From IMG/VR virus record IMGVR_UViG_3300031519_005527, positions 1-32,105 of that record: a stretch of DNA of 32,105 bases, one strand, 5' to 3'. Positions 16,429 to 25,234 of the stretch are shown here, piece after piece. Position 1 is the first letter of the stretch. Each line of letters opens with the position of its first letter. Origin of the DNA: a virus. Its lineage: Duplodnaviria; Caudoviricetes. A program made the translations under genes and the position numbers. A model generated the notes under the pieces. It saw only the letters and a list, made by a program, of their open reading frames with translations. It made no database searches and had not been told where the DNA came from.

Positions 16429-16767
16429 TTAGCAAAAGAGTTGAATTAAAATTATAAGTATAGCAAGTCCAAAACAGACCATTGTCTTAGGCGTGAACAT
16501 GGTTTCACCCAACAGAAACCAAGTTAAGACGGGAAATATGATCAACCCTGCTGACGAACCAATAAATCTCGCTGTCCATGCAGAACCTGTTTCGTCAACA
16601 ATAAGTCTCCACGAGTACCAAAATGACACAGAACAAGGGGCGCCTAAAATTAAAGCAGTTATCCACGGCTTGTTTGACCACCATTCCGACAGGTACTGGG
16701 AGTTTAACTGAAACCACCCGATTACCTGTCCGAGGAAAACCAGTGCTATTCCAATGTAGAGATTCAT
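16429..16767 (-). CDS. 4-TM small membrane protein, DMT/SMR-like
   Basis: 112 aa from the TAATG overlap; four hydrophobic segments; LLGE..T.K...G..L. Confidence 0.65.
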   Translation of the reverse strand: MNLYIGIALVFLGQVIGWFQLNSQYLSEWWSNKPWITALILGAPCSVSFWYSWRLIVDETGSAWTARFIGSSAGLIIFPVLTWFLLGETMFTPKTMVCFGLAILIILIQLFC

Positions 16768-17096
16768 TAATGTAATTCCAGACTTATAGAGGATTTGTAA
16801 AGTTCTTTTTTCGAAGTTGTTAATGCCAACAGACACTTCCAGATGTTGGAGATTTCAGATTCGGTCAGGTCCAAGTGTCCATCTTCCGCCTCCCTTAGAA
16901 AAGGTTCAAGTTCATTTAGATATTCAGAGAACAAATATGAGTTAACATAAGTTTTTTGTAGTTCTACCAAAGTGAACTCTGACAGAAGAATCCCATGAAG
17001 TCCATCGAACTTGCACGTCTCCTTGGAGATGAGATTATGAGTGCTTGCAAGTTGTTGCCATTCTCTGAAAGATTCTGCATTAAACTTGTACGTCAT
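16767..17096 (-). CDS. hypothetical protein
   Basis: Start moved to MTYKFN, just after the upstream stop. Confidence 0.6.
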   Translation of the reverse strand: MTYKFNAESFREWQQLASTHNLISKETCKFDGLHGILLSEFTLVELQKTYVNSYLFSEYLNELEPFLREAEDGHLDLTESEISNIWKCLLALTTSKKELYKSSISLELH

Positions 17097-17097
17097 T

Positions 17098-17493
17098 TTA
17101 TCTTGTTGTGACAATGCCTCGACCCCAAAAATGCTTGCTGTTTCTCTGATCGGTGACCAACAGGGCGCTAATATATATGCCCTCTCCCTTTCGAATGATC
17201 TTGCCACTGTACAGTTCCAGGGAACCATACTTTGGTTTAATGACTCTTCTTTGGAACTTTCTTCTCGGTGGTGGAGTGTTGAGGTACCGCACGCACTGCT
17301 CAAGTATATCCGAATCTGTTGTGTCGCAAGGCAAGTTCTCAAAAAGATCTATTCTCGCCGCTACAACCCACTTTTTCTTTCCAAACCCTGGAATGTCCCA
17401 AAACATAGACCCGTGATACCTGCCGAGTTTTCTCTTGTCGCCACCAGACAAGAGTTCATGTTCTTTTATTTCTCTCAAGTCACACTTAATCAT
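17098..17493 (-). CDS. hypothetical basic protein
   Basis: 131 aa, overlaps the glutaredoxin stop; RBS GAGAG. Confidence 0.6.
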   Translation of the reverse strand: MIKCDLREIKEHELLSGGDKRKLGRYHGSMFWDIPGFGKKKWVVAARIDLFENLPCDTTDSDILEQCVRYLNTPPPRRKFQRRVIKPKYGSLELYSGKIIRKGEGIYISALLVTDQRNSKHFWGRGIVTTR

Positions 17494-17740
17494 TCAATTC
17501 TCTTTTCAAGTCGTCGCAACCACCAATAAACCTTGCAATCGAATCTTCACCACCCAATTGCATAACAATAGGAACTGTCCTGTACTTGTGAAACTCCTTC
17601 ACTTCTGCAAGGAACTCAGGGTCATTTGATAGTTCAAAATACTCATAATCGTACCCCAAAGAATCCAGCAATCCAACAACCTCCCTACAGAAAGGACACC
17701 CGTCTAGTCCGTAAATAATGTAGGTGTTTGATCTACCCAT
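17486..17740 (-). CDS. glutaredoxin
   Basis: CPFC, RTVPIV, FIGGCDDL. Confidence 0.92.
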   Translation of the reverse strand: MGRSNTYIIYGLDGCPFCREVVGLLDSLGYDYEYFELSNDPEFLAEVKEFHKYRTVPIVMQLGGEDSIARFIGGCDDLKRELND

Positions 17741-18011
17741 TGAGGAGCATCCTCGAACTTCTTGATTGCTTTAAGATCTCTGCGTAGCTACCAACAACAA
17801 GAACTCTTTCTGTGCGCCCACCTGCTTGGTATTCAACCTCTGACAGGTCGAAAGAATCCGCCGGTACACCATTGATCTCTTTAAGTACAGACCCGTTGTG
17901 GTATGCTGGCGCGATAGAAATAATGTTGTTAGGATTCAAGCAGAGCGTCTCTGTGTTGTGCTCGTACGTGGGTGGAGGTCCCTTCTTAACCACTTTGAGA
18001 GTCAACATCAC
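17733..18011 (-). CDS. hypothetical protein
   Basis: 92 aa; LNPNNIISI...V.GS..EI pattern; RBS GGAGG. Confidence 0.6.
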   Translation of the reverse strand: MMLTLKVVKKGPPPTYEHNTETLCLNPNNIISIAPAYHNGSVLKEINGVPADSFDLSEVEYQAGGRTERVLVVGSYAEILKQSRSSRMLLNG

Positions 18012-18282
18012 TTACCTCCTGCGTTGTTTCCTGTGGGGTGAATGCCGCTGCGAGAAACCCCGATAAGATAGACTGGCAGTCAGAATAACTTTCCGTCAAT
18101 GCCGAAGACATTTCTTTCAAGTTGCCTAAACTCTTAAGGGAATTAACCCCGAGATCTCCTTCGTGGAGTCTCGCAGAGATCTCTGCCATGTCATCTTGTA
18201 TTTTTTCCGTCTTCTGTACGATATCCCTAACTACTGCGGGGATATCTTCAAAATCAACTGTATACGAAACTTTAACTTTCAT
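17986..18282 (-). CDS. hypothetical coiled-coil protein
   Basis: Start moved to MKVKVSYTVDFEDIP; RBS AAGGA. Confidence 0.6.
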   Translation of the reverse strand: MKVKVSYTVDFEDIPAVVRDIVQKTEKIQDDMAEISARLHEGDLGVNSLKSLGNLKEMSSALTESYSDCQSILSGFLAAAFTPQETTQEVSDVDSQSG

Positions 18283-18293
18283 CTCTTTCCTTT

Positions 18294-18569
18294 TTATAAT
18301 AATCTTATTACTACTGCACTTGTAAGACCTATAACAGCGGTGAAAAGTGTCCATATCACCTTCGAAGCTGTATCTTTCCACGACTCAAGCGATCTTATTC
18401 TAGCATATAATCCCTCATCTGGGTTGTATACCGCTTCTTTAATCTTGGAGACATTTTCAATCATTTCATCCTGTTTATCTCTAACGGACTCCATGGTTAC
18501 ACATAACCTATCTAACTTTCTAGTTAACTCAACAATCAAATCTCTAGGTAGATCATTATTACTGGACAT
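18294..18569 (-). CDS. coiled-coil protein with C-terminal TM helix (XhlA/holin-like architecture)
   Basis: Heptad helix, GLYARIRSLE, then hydrophobic tail; RBS GGAGGG before the ATG at 18569. Confidence 0.6.
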   Translation of the reverse strand: MSSNNDLPRDLIVELTRKLDRLCVTMESVRDKQDEMIENVSKIKEAVYNPDEGLYARIRSLESWKDTASKVIWTLFTAVIGLTSAVVIRLL

Positions 18570-18605
18570 CGCGGACCCCTCCATAACTATTATACTGTAA
18601 GTAGG

Positions 18606-20195
18606 TCAACCCTTGTCAGATTCTTCGATAATTGCAAAATTAGTTGTGAGCAGGGTGCCAGCAGCAGAGACTGCGTTCTGAAGTGCATTCTTTGTAACCT
18701 TCGCTGGGTCTATGATGCCACTCTCATACATGTCCACGGGTTCACTTGTCAGAAAGTTATATCCAACATTGTCGGATTTCTTCCTCAAAACAGCGTCTAT
18801 CTCCTCAAAATCAACGCCAGCGTTATGACACATTGCAGACATCGGCGACCTTAGTACATCATAAAATATTTCTGCGGCAAACTGTTGATCTTCTGTTAGT
18901 TCTATGCCCTTAATGTCCTCTAGGATCGTCTGAGCGATGCGATAGAGGGTAAGACCCCCACCTGGCACAATCCCCTCTTGCTGGGCAGATCTCACCGCTT
19001 CTAGGGCATCTTCGATGCGGTGCTTCTTCTCGGTCATCTCGATCTCTGTCGCTGCGCCCACTCGAACAATGGCAACCCCACTAGCAAGTCTGGTTACGCG
19101 CTCTTGGATCTGCTCTGCATCTGCCAAAGACTCAGCATCCTTAACTTGCTGTTTCAGATCTTCAATTCGTGCAGCGAGTTCAGATACATCACCTCCTCCG
19201 CCAACTATGATAGTACCGTATTTTGATATCTCAATGTTGTGGCATGTACCAAGATCATTGATAGTAACGTCTTTAACTTGGTCACCCATCATCGTCCTGA
19301 AGTACTTTGCACCGGTTGCGATGGCAAGGTCTTGCATGATTGATCGGCGTTCTTCGCCATACTTTGGTGACTTAACTGCTGCAACCTTCATAGATCCACG
19401 TGCGGTGTTCATAACCAGTGCAGAGAGTGCCTGACCTTCAACGTCGTCGCAAACTAGGACGACTGGTTTCTGTTCTCTTGCAGCAATCTCTAATACTGGC
19501 AAGATAGTCTGAACCTGATCAACCTGTGCATCACATAGGAAAATAAGAGCATTGTCATACCTACAAACATTTCTTCTCTCATCCGTTACAAAATAGTTAG
19601 ACAAAAACCCTGACTGAAATCTGAACCCCTCCACCAAGTCGAGAGTTGTCTCAGTAGATCTACCATCCTCGATGGTCACTGAACCACCCTTGCCTACTCT
19701 GTCCACCGCTGTAGAGATCAAGTCGCCAATGACCTGGTCGTTGTTCGCTGATATCATCGCCACGAAAGCAACATCTTCTACGCTTGAGATCGGTTTAGAT
19801 TTCTCTTCGATCTTTTCACATACCAGAGTGCACACCTTGTCAAGTCCTCGTTTAACTTCAACTGGACTCAACCCTCTCTCGATCAGTTCCATAGACCTAG
19901 AGAATACCGCCCTAGCGAGAATAGTTGACGTGGTTGTACCATCGCCTGCGTCCGAGTTTGTCTTCTCGGACGCTTGCTTTACGATTTCAATTGCTGCATT
20001 CTGGAACGGATCTTCGAGAGATACAAACCTCGCAACAGTGACTCCATCCTTTGTAATGATCGGTCTTCCATCTTTCCTCTTTAGTATTACATTGCGACCT
20101 TTCGGTCCGTAAGTAGATGCTACGTTGTCTGCAAGTCTGTTAACTCCATCAAGCATCAATTGATGTAAGTCCTTGCCATCTGAGTAGTGTTTCAT
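18606..20195 (-). CDS. groEL: chaperonin GroEL, phage-encoded
   Basis: TYGPKGRNV, ITKDGVTVA, AGDGTTT, ISANND, RIEDAL, GIVPGGG, GIIDPAKVT. No C-terminal GGM repeats. Confidence 0.97.
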   Translation of the reverse strand: MKHYSDGKDLHQLMLDGVNRLADNVASTYGPKGRNVILKRKDGRPIITKDGVTVARFVSLEDPFQNAAIEIVKQASEKTNSDAGDGTTTSTILARAVFSRSMELIERGLSPVEVKRGLDKVCTLVCEKIEEKSKPISSVEDVAFVAMISANNDQVIGDLISTAVDRVGKGGSVTIEDGRSTETTLDLVEGFRFQSGFLSNYFVTDERRNVCRYDNALIFLCDAQVDQVQTILPVLEIAAREQKPVVLVCDDVEGQALSALVMNTARGSMKVAAVKSPKYGEERRSIMQDLAIATGAKYFRTMMGDQVKDVTINDLGTCHNIEISKYGTIIVGGGGDVSELAARIEDLKQQVKDAESLADAEQIQERVTRLASGVAIVRVGAATEIEMTEKKHRIEDALEAVRSAQQEGIVPGGGLTLYRIAQTILEDIKGIELTEDQQFAAEIFYDVLRSPMSAMCHNAGVDFEEIDAVLRKKSDNVGYNFLTSEPVDMYESGIIDPAKVTKNALQNAVSAAGTLLTTNFAIIEESDKG

Positions 20196-20221
20196 TTGTC
20201 CTCGCTTTATGTGATGTCTAT

Positions 20222-20250
20222 ACTATAAACAAGTATATGCTAGATGTCAA
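20222..20250 (-). promoter_or_regulatory. sigma70 promoter upstream of groEL
   Basis: TTGACA-17 nt-TATAGT. Confidence 0.75.
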
Positions 20251-20256
20251 GTGTTT

Positions 20257-21273
20257 TTATGCATCTTGTGATGCTTTTCTTACCTGACCTGCTTTTCTGG
20301 TGGTCAAGGCCTTTGCCTTGGCTGCGCCTGAATAGCGCCCTGTGGTTTGTGTAGTTGCATCGGTTTTGAACCTGTCTGCTGCGGCATTGAGTTCCTGTAG
20401 TTTCACGAAGAGATCCTTAAACTTGATGTTTAGTGCTTCGAACAACTTCTTGGTGTAATCTTCTGCATTACTCATGTCTAAAGTTCCAAGGTCGAGCATT
20501 GTTTTATCGGCCGCGATTTTCTCAACCTCTTCCCTTGACAGGTTAAATGATCCGCCTTCAAACTCTCCGTCCTTGTTCTTTTTAGCGCCCTGTACGTATC
20601 TATTCTTAATGTTCTTGGTCAAGGTGTTTTTCAACGCAGCAACGCTATTAGCGTCAAAAACAAATTGGTAAAATTTGATTTTCGCGTTGGCGGGATACTT
20701 TTCGCCAACGATATACTTTATTTGTCCGTTATCATTCACTTCTTTTTTCAAATTTTCAAAAGACCCTGCAATTCTAGTGCCTGGCTTGATGAATTTGAGA
20801 GACACCCTACCACCTTCAAAAGTCACGTCGGCAAGATTCGTGGTCGTGCCCTTTTCCACCGTGCCACCAAAAGTCTCTGCAATAAACATCTCAAACTGAT
20901 ACCCTTTTTGAGATGCGCCGCCGCCCTTGTTGGTTGCTGCGTTGCCCAAAAGATTAAGCAAGGTTCTGATAACATCTATCTTTGCTATAACCTCGACATG
21001 CTTGTCCACATCAATGTCACTTGTCAGCACAGCATTGAGACCCTTAATGAAATCACCCAACTGGTTGATATCACCGCCACCTATATTCGAGATTGCAGAT
21101 CTGAATCTCTTAAGTGCCGGTGGTGCAGTTGCATCTGCAGTATCATTCAACCAATTTGGTTCCATCACAATTGGTACATACTCTACAGACTTAGGTTTCT
21201 TAGATTCCAATACAGGTTCAGTGGTCTTACCCACCTGGGCAAACATTTCAACTAAAAGGTCTAGGTCTTTCAT
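20257..21273 (-). CDS. hypothetical protein with LxE leader and restriction-endonuclease-like core
   Basis: LLVE/VLE leader; KGYQFE.FIA..FGG......LADV......VSLK. Confidence 0.55.
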   Translation of the reverse strand: MKDLDLLVEMFAQVGKTTEPVLESKKPKSVEYVPIVMEPNWLNDTADATAPPALKRFRSAISNIGGGDINQLGDFIKGLNAVLTSDIDVDKHVEVIAKIDVIRTLLNLLGNAATNKGGGASQKGYQFEMFIAETFGGTVEKGTTTNLADVTFEGGRVSLKFIKPGTRIAGSFENLKKEVNDNGQIKYIVGEKYPANAKIKFYQFVFDANSVAALKNTLTKNIKNRYVQGAKKNKDGEFEGGSFNLSREEVEKIAADKTMLDLGTLDMSNAEDYTKKLFEALNIKFKDLFVKLQELNAAADRFKTDATTQTTGRYSGAAKAKALTTRKAGQVRKASQDA

Positions 21274-21962
21274 AAATACTCATCTGCGATACCGTACTTG
21301 ATCGCATCCTCTGCAGATAAATAGACGTCAACATTGTTTAAAAGTAACTTTTTAATCTTCCTTCTGGTCAAGTTCGTACAGGTGCAAAGATAGTCAAAGT
21401 ACATCTCCTGAAGTGCTTTCGTTTCCTGCATTTCATTCTCGATGTTTGGGTATGAACCGTGATGACCGCTGATAACACTGTGGAGCATTACTCTACAGTT
21501 TCTACCAATCTTTCTCTTGCCCCTTGTTCCGTTAGCAAGCAATAGTACACCTGCTGACATTACCTTGCCCACGCCCACGGTCTCGATGCTACAGTCATGT
21601 TTAATCATATCCATAACGTCAAGAATAGAAAACATATCAGATACAACACCTCCATGCGTGGAGACATACATTCTAAAAGGTCTATTAACTTCATGTTGGT
21701 TCCCCTGTGCGTCTTCCAAGATGTCTTGCCTTGTATGGTTAAAGTAAAGCATTGCTTGAAGTACTTCTGATGCCATACGCTCAGTGATATCACCATAACA
21801 GTTGATTGCCCTGATGTCGTCTTTATCTGACTTGTCCGCAATGTTGTTTATAATATAAATCGCTTGCTTGCCGTCGATGTCAAGTTGCTGATCAGCAATC
21901 TGCTCCATGGCGTCGTCCTCGGACATTGTCTTACGCTTCTTTTTAGATAGTTTTCTTGGCAT
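21270..21962 (-). CDS. clpP: ClpP-family protease subunit
   Basis: YVSTHGG.V, G.VMSAGVLLL..G..GKR (Ser), MLH (His), D.YLSAEDA.KYG.AD (Asp). Start moved to the ATG at 21962 (RBS GGAGAG). Confidence 0.9.
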   Translation of the reverse strand: MPRKLSKKKRKTMSEDDAMEQIADQQLDIDGKQAIYIINNIADKSDKDDIRAINCYGDITERMASEVLQAMLYFNHTRQDILEDAQGNQHEVNRPFRMYVSTHGGVVSDMFSILDVMDMIKHDCSIETVGVGKVMSAGVLLLANGTRGKRKIGRNCRVMLHSVISGHHGSYPNIENEMQETKALQEMYFDYLCTCTNLTRRKIKKLLLNNVDVYLSAEDAIKYGIADEYL

Positions 21963-22239
21963 TGTATACTCTCTCCTTACCTGTTGGTGTCTTTTCAATA
22001 ATTCTGTATGGGAAACTTTTAAGAAATGATCTCCATTTCTTGTCATCGTCAAACTCCCTTGCAAAAAAGAGCAAACTTTCCTTGTTCCTCGGGCTGTACC
22101 CGTTACCCGTCTCTTTCCACTCGACGAGTTCTTTCAGTACCGTCTTGACTCTTCTCTGGTCCGTGTATTGGACCTGTAGTCTACAGGCGACACTATTATC
22201 TTCCTTCTTCATTTCTTTCCAGCAAACAACGTTAATCAT
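21943..22239 (-). CDS. hypothetical protein
   Basis: 98 aa, coupled to neighbours. Confidence 0.6.
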   Translation of the reverse strand: MINVVCWKEMKKEDNSVACRLQVQYTDQRRVKTVLKELVEWKETGNGYSPRNKESLLFFAREFDDDKKWRSFLKSFPYRIIEKTPTGKERVYNAKKTI

Positions 22240-22582
22240 TTTGATTTCCTTTCTTTATAAGTCTTTTTGCCACATTCCTTGGTATACAACCTAAAACAGT
22301 TGTTGTGTACAATAACGTCCACTGCTTAACGAACTGATCGTCCGCCTTGCATTCTTTGTCTATCTGCTCATCAGACATGCCAACCTCTTTCAACATCGAC
22401 CGTCTCCTGTCCACAGAACTCTGAAGGTGTCCCAAGAACACCGAAGACAATGATATCATATTTGTAATGAAATGGGAATACATATCTTCCTGTTTCTTTG
22501 AGTACTGAAACAGGAAGATACAATGGTGTAGGAATACGCCTATTGAAAACCAGAAGATCGCGTATATTAGTTGTGTGTCCAT
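22232..22582 (-). CDS. hypothetical membrane-anchored protein
   Basis: N-terminal TM helix. Confidence 0.6.
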   Translation of the reverse strand: MDTQLIYAIFWFSIGVFLHHCIFLFQYSKKQEDMYSHFITNMISLSSVFLGHLQSSVDRRRSMLKEVGMSDEQIDKECKADDQFVKQWTLLYTTTVLGCIPRNVAKRLIKKGNQND

Positions 22583-22588
22583 ATTAAT

Positions 22589-22617
22589 AGATTAACAAAA
22601 CCTTTCCGTGGGGTCAA
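22589..22617 (-). promoter_or_regulatory. possible sigma70 promoter (leaderless transcript)
   Basis: TTGACC-17 nt-TAATCT with TG extension, 6 nt before the ATG. Confidence 0.45.
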
Positions 22618-22628
22618 GTAAAACTTGT

Positions 22629-23288
22629 TTATTTTTTAATCTTAAGAGACTCAGTGATGCGATTTGCGACCCGAGTGGCGATTCTTTCTGCGATCTCTTC
22701 GAGTTCTTCTTTGTCAATCTCGTTAAGTTCATCTTCCATCTCTGGTTCAGCGTCCATCTCTGGATCTACGTCCATCTCTGGTTCATCTCCTGCTCCGTCG
22801 ACAGCGGAAAGAATTTGGTCTAAGATATCACGAGCAGTTCTAAGAGAAGCAACGTCACCCTCCGGCACGTCAACCTCTACGTCCTGACCGTCTTCTGGAC
22901 CTTCCTCAGCAGGCGCGTCCATCTCTGGATCTACATCCATCTCTGGTTCGTCCTCTGCTGCTGGTATTCCCATCTCTTCGAGGTCGTCCTCGTTCATCTT
23001 GCGAGGTTTAGCAGTTGTAACTGTTGATCCTTTCGTACCAACTTTTTGTACTTCGATCTCGTCGTCGTTGTCGCCTGGATGGGAATAAACGCCTCGGATT
23101 CCGCTGCCTTGAGGTTTCTTCATTTCATCTACCTCTTCGTCGTCTTCGCTGGTGTGTCGCATCTCTTCGAGTTCTTCATCCTCTTGGAAAAGGTACGCTT
23201 TTTCATGGATTGGTTTAAGACCTGCAAGAGTCCAAAAACGCCTTGTTGTTGCCTCATTTAAGAGTGCCTTTTTTTTGTTGTTTGACAT
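22629..23288 (-). CDS. highly acidic low-complexity protein, scaffold/head-core-like
   Basis: LLNEATTRRFWTLAGL N-terminus, many LxE/MxE motifs, EPEMDVDPEMDA repeats, helical C-terminus. Confidence 0.6.
   Translation of the reverse strand: MSNNKKKALLNEATTRRFWTLAGLKPIHEKAYLFQEDEELEEMRHTSEDDEEVDEMKKPQGSGIRGVYSHPGDNDDEIEVQKVGTKGSTVTTAKPRKMNEDDLEEMGIPAAEDEPEMDVDPEMDAPAEEGPEDGQDVEVDVPEGDVASLRTARDILDQILSAVDGAGDEPEMDVDPEMDAEPEMEDELNEIDKEELEEIAERIATRVANRITESLKIKK
22735..22949. repeat. intragenic 18-nt-period repeat, duplicated
   Basis: TCCATCTCTGG at 22735, 22753, 22771, 22918 and 22936; 22750..22784 and 22915..22949 are 34/35 identical. Confidence 0.85.
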
Positions 23289-23366
23289 GTCATTCTCCTT
23301 TTAACAAAATGGGTTTTGTGTTAACAGTAATAAATAGGATTATTTTTTCCCAAAAGTTATATTAAA

Positions 23367-23651
23367 TTAGTCTTTGATCTCTGTAAAAAGATCTTGAACT
23401 TTTATTTTATTTGATAGTTTTCTCAATGCTGCCATTTCTATCTGTCTTACCTTAAGATAATTGATACCTAAGCGCTCTCCTGTCTCATGTAGAGTTAGAG
23501 ATTTTCCAGCACTTTTGATCTGTTTCTCTTTGATAGAAATCAGGCAACAGTTCTTTTCTTGCTCGTGGTCTATCCACATTCTACACTCCTTGTTTGGGCA
23601 AGAAACATTTTTGTCTTCGCACATCTCTGCGCATTCTGGTAATGTACTCAT
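23367..23651 (-). CDS. stand-alone sigma70 region-4 HTH protein with Cys-rich N-terminus
   Basis: LTLHETGERLGINYLKVRQIE..ALRKL matches region 4.2; six Cys upstream. Confidence 0.8.
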   Translation of the reverse strand: MSTLPECAEMCEDKNVSCPNKECRMWIDHEQEKNCCLISIKEKQIKSAGKSLTLHETGERLGINYLKVRQIEMAALRKLSNKIKVQDLFTEIKD

Positions 23652-23986
23652 TATATGTCATCGTCTCCACTTTCAATCAAATCAAAGACAAAGTCAATAT
23701 CCCTTTCGGTGATCCCAAGATCTTGAAGGGTCTGATTTCCTTGTTTAATGTCTTCATTTTGTTTATCAATCTTCTTTTTTCCAATTTTACCTTTCTCCTG
23801 TTTTACTTTGGTAATATACATTAGTATATTCGGGTCATTGGTTATATAACCCGTAATCATCGACTTGAAAAAGTCAACTTGACTAATTCCGTCTCGGCGT
23901 AACTTCAATCTCAATTCTGCGTGACGCCCATCAGTGTCAGCAAAGGTTATCTTCTTGTCTTCCTCCCCGTAGCAGTAGTAACTCAT
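23651..23986 (-). CDS. hypothetical protein (possible ribbon-helix-helix-like N-terminus)
   Basis: KKITF...HA.L..KL..DGISQ..FF..MI..Y pattern. Confidence 0.55.
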   Translation of the reverse strand: MSYYCYGEEDKKITFADTDGRHAELRLKLRRDGISQVDFFKSMITGYITNDPNILMYITKVKQEKGKIGKKKIDKQNEDIKQGNQTLQDLGITERDIDFVFDLIESGDDDI

Positions 23987-24981
23987 GTCGTTCTCAAAAT
24001 GTGTGTGCTGCTCTCTACTTGAGAGGCAGACGACTGGGCGATAAACTCTGCTCTTGCCTGCAACTGAGTTATGTTTCTCGCTCCCGAATATGATAAACCA
24101 GACCTAACGTTCTGAAGTAGGTTTCTGACTATCTCCTTAACACAACCCTTATGGGTTATTGTTGTAGATATCCCCTCCAGGGATCTTGCTTCGCCTCGCC
24201 AGTCTGTTTGCGCTTCAACTGATGCCATCCCCCTATACACTTTGTACTTATTGCCATCATTGCCCTGGAACACTTGTCCAGGACTCTGGTCCGTACCTGC
24301 CAACATTGATCCAAGCATAACAAAGTCTGCGCCAGCAGCTAGTGCTTTGACAACGTCACCAGCGGTCTTAATTCCTCCGTCGGCAATGATTGCTGCGCCG
24401 TCTTCATAACTACAAGTTAAAACAGATTCAAAAGTCGGGACTCCATGCCCTGTCTGTATCCTAGTGGAACAGATTGAACCACCGCCGATTCCGACACGCA
24501 CTGCGTCTGCACCCCAGTCTGAAAGCGCTAGATACCCTTTCGGGGTGGCAACGTTACCGGCGATAATGTTCAACCCTGACCCGTACTTGTCCCTGATTGT
24601 CTTTAACGCTCTTTCGACTAGAACATGGTGTCCGTGAGCAACATCCAAACAAAAGGTAGTGATTCCTGAATCTTTATTAAGGAAATCAATTCTTTCCATA
24701 AAGTCCCCAGTGACACCTACCGCAGCGGCAGAATGTGATGGCGTTATCTTCGACTGATCGAAGACGCTACAGTACCTGTGGGTTATCGCCAGTCCACCTA
24801 GTTCTGAAAAAGCATTTGACATTGCTAATCCAGTTACCGTGTCCATCGGACTTGAGACAATAGGAATTGAATATCTCTCCGAACCCAGTTGTCTAGTTAG
24901 GTCAATCTCTGACCGAGACTCGATATCACTGTATTGTGGGACAAGCAACACATCATCAAAACTGTTAGTTTGTCTTTTCAT
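23983..24981 (-). CDS. IMP dehydrogenase / GMP reductase family (no CBS domains)
   Basis: [54 protein letters not shown]. Confidence 0.93.
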   Translation of the reverse strand: MKRQTNSFDDVLLVPQYSDIESRSEIDLTRQLGSERYSIPIVSSPMDTVTGLAMSNAFSELGGLAITHRYCSVFDQSKITPSHSAAAVGVTGDFMERIDFLNKDSGITTFCLDVAHGHHVLVERALKTIRDKYGSGLNIIAGNVATPKGYLALSDWGADAVRVGIGGGSICSTRIQTGHGVPTFESVLTCSYEDGAAIIADGGIKTAGDVVKALAAGADFVMLGSMLAGTDQSPGQVFQGNDGNKYKVYRGMASVEAQTDWRGEARSLEGISTTITHKGCVKEIVRNLLQNVRSGLSYSGARNITQLQARAEFIAQSSASQVESSTHILRTT

Positions 24982-25234
24982 TTACTTCCCTTTCCATCTC
25001 TTTAACGAGACTTGTTGCTTTGTTCCAGCAGTTTGGACAATAAAGATTTACTTTTTCTTCCTCTTCTCTGACCACTACCCGCCAGGATGTTACTTGATCC
25101 CTATTCATCCTATCATAGGGTTCGTGGCAAGTCAAGCAATGTTCTGGTATTTTATCGAATAAACCAAGCGCAACTTGAACATCATTATTTGACTGCTTTT
25201 GCTTTGCTCTTTTTAGTTTTCTCTTGGCACTCAT
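24965..25234 (-). CDS. small zinc-finger protein
   Basis: CLTC...CPNC; ATGA overlap start at 25234. Confidence 0.7.
   Translation of the reverse strand: MSAKRKLKRAKQKQSNNDVQVALGLFDKIPEHCLTCHEPYDRMNRDQVTSWRVVVREEEEKVNLYCPNCWNKATSLVKEMEREVNEKTN

Noticed and set aside
22735-22949. Possible CRISPR array
   Set aside because: The repeats have an 18-nt period, are in frame within a CDS and have no unique spacers; no cas genes are present.
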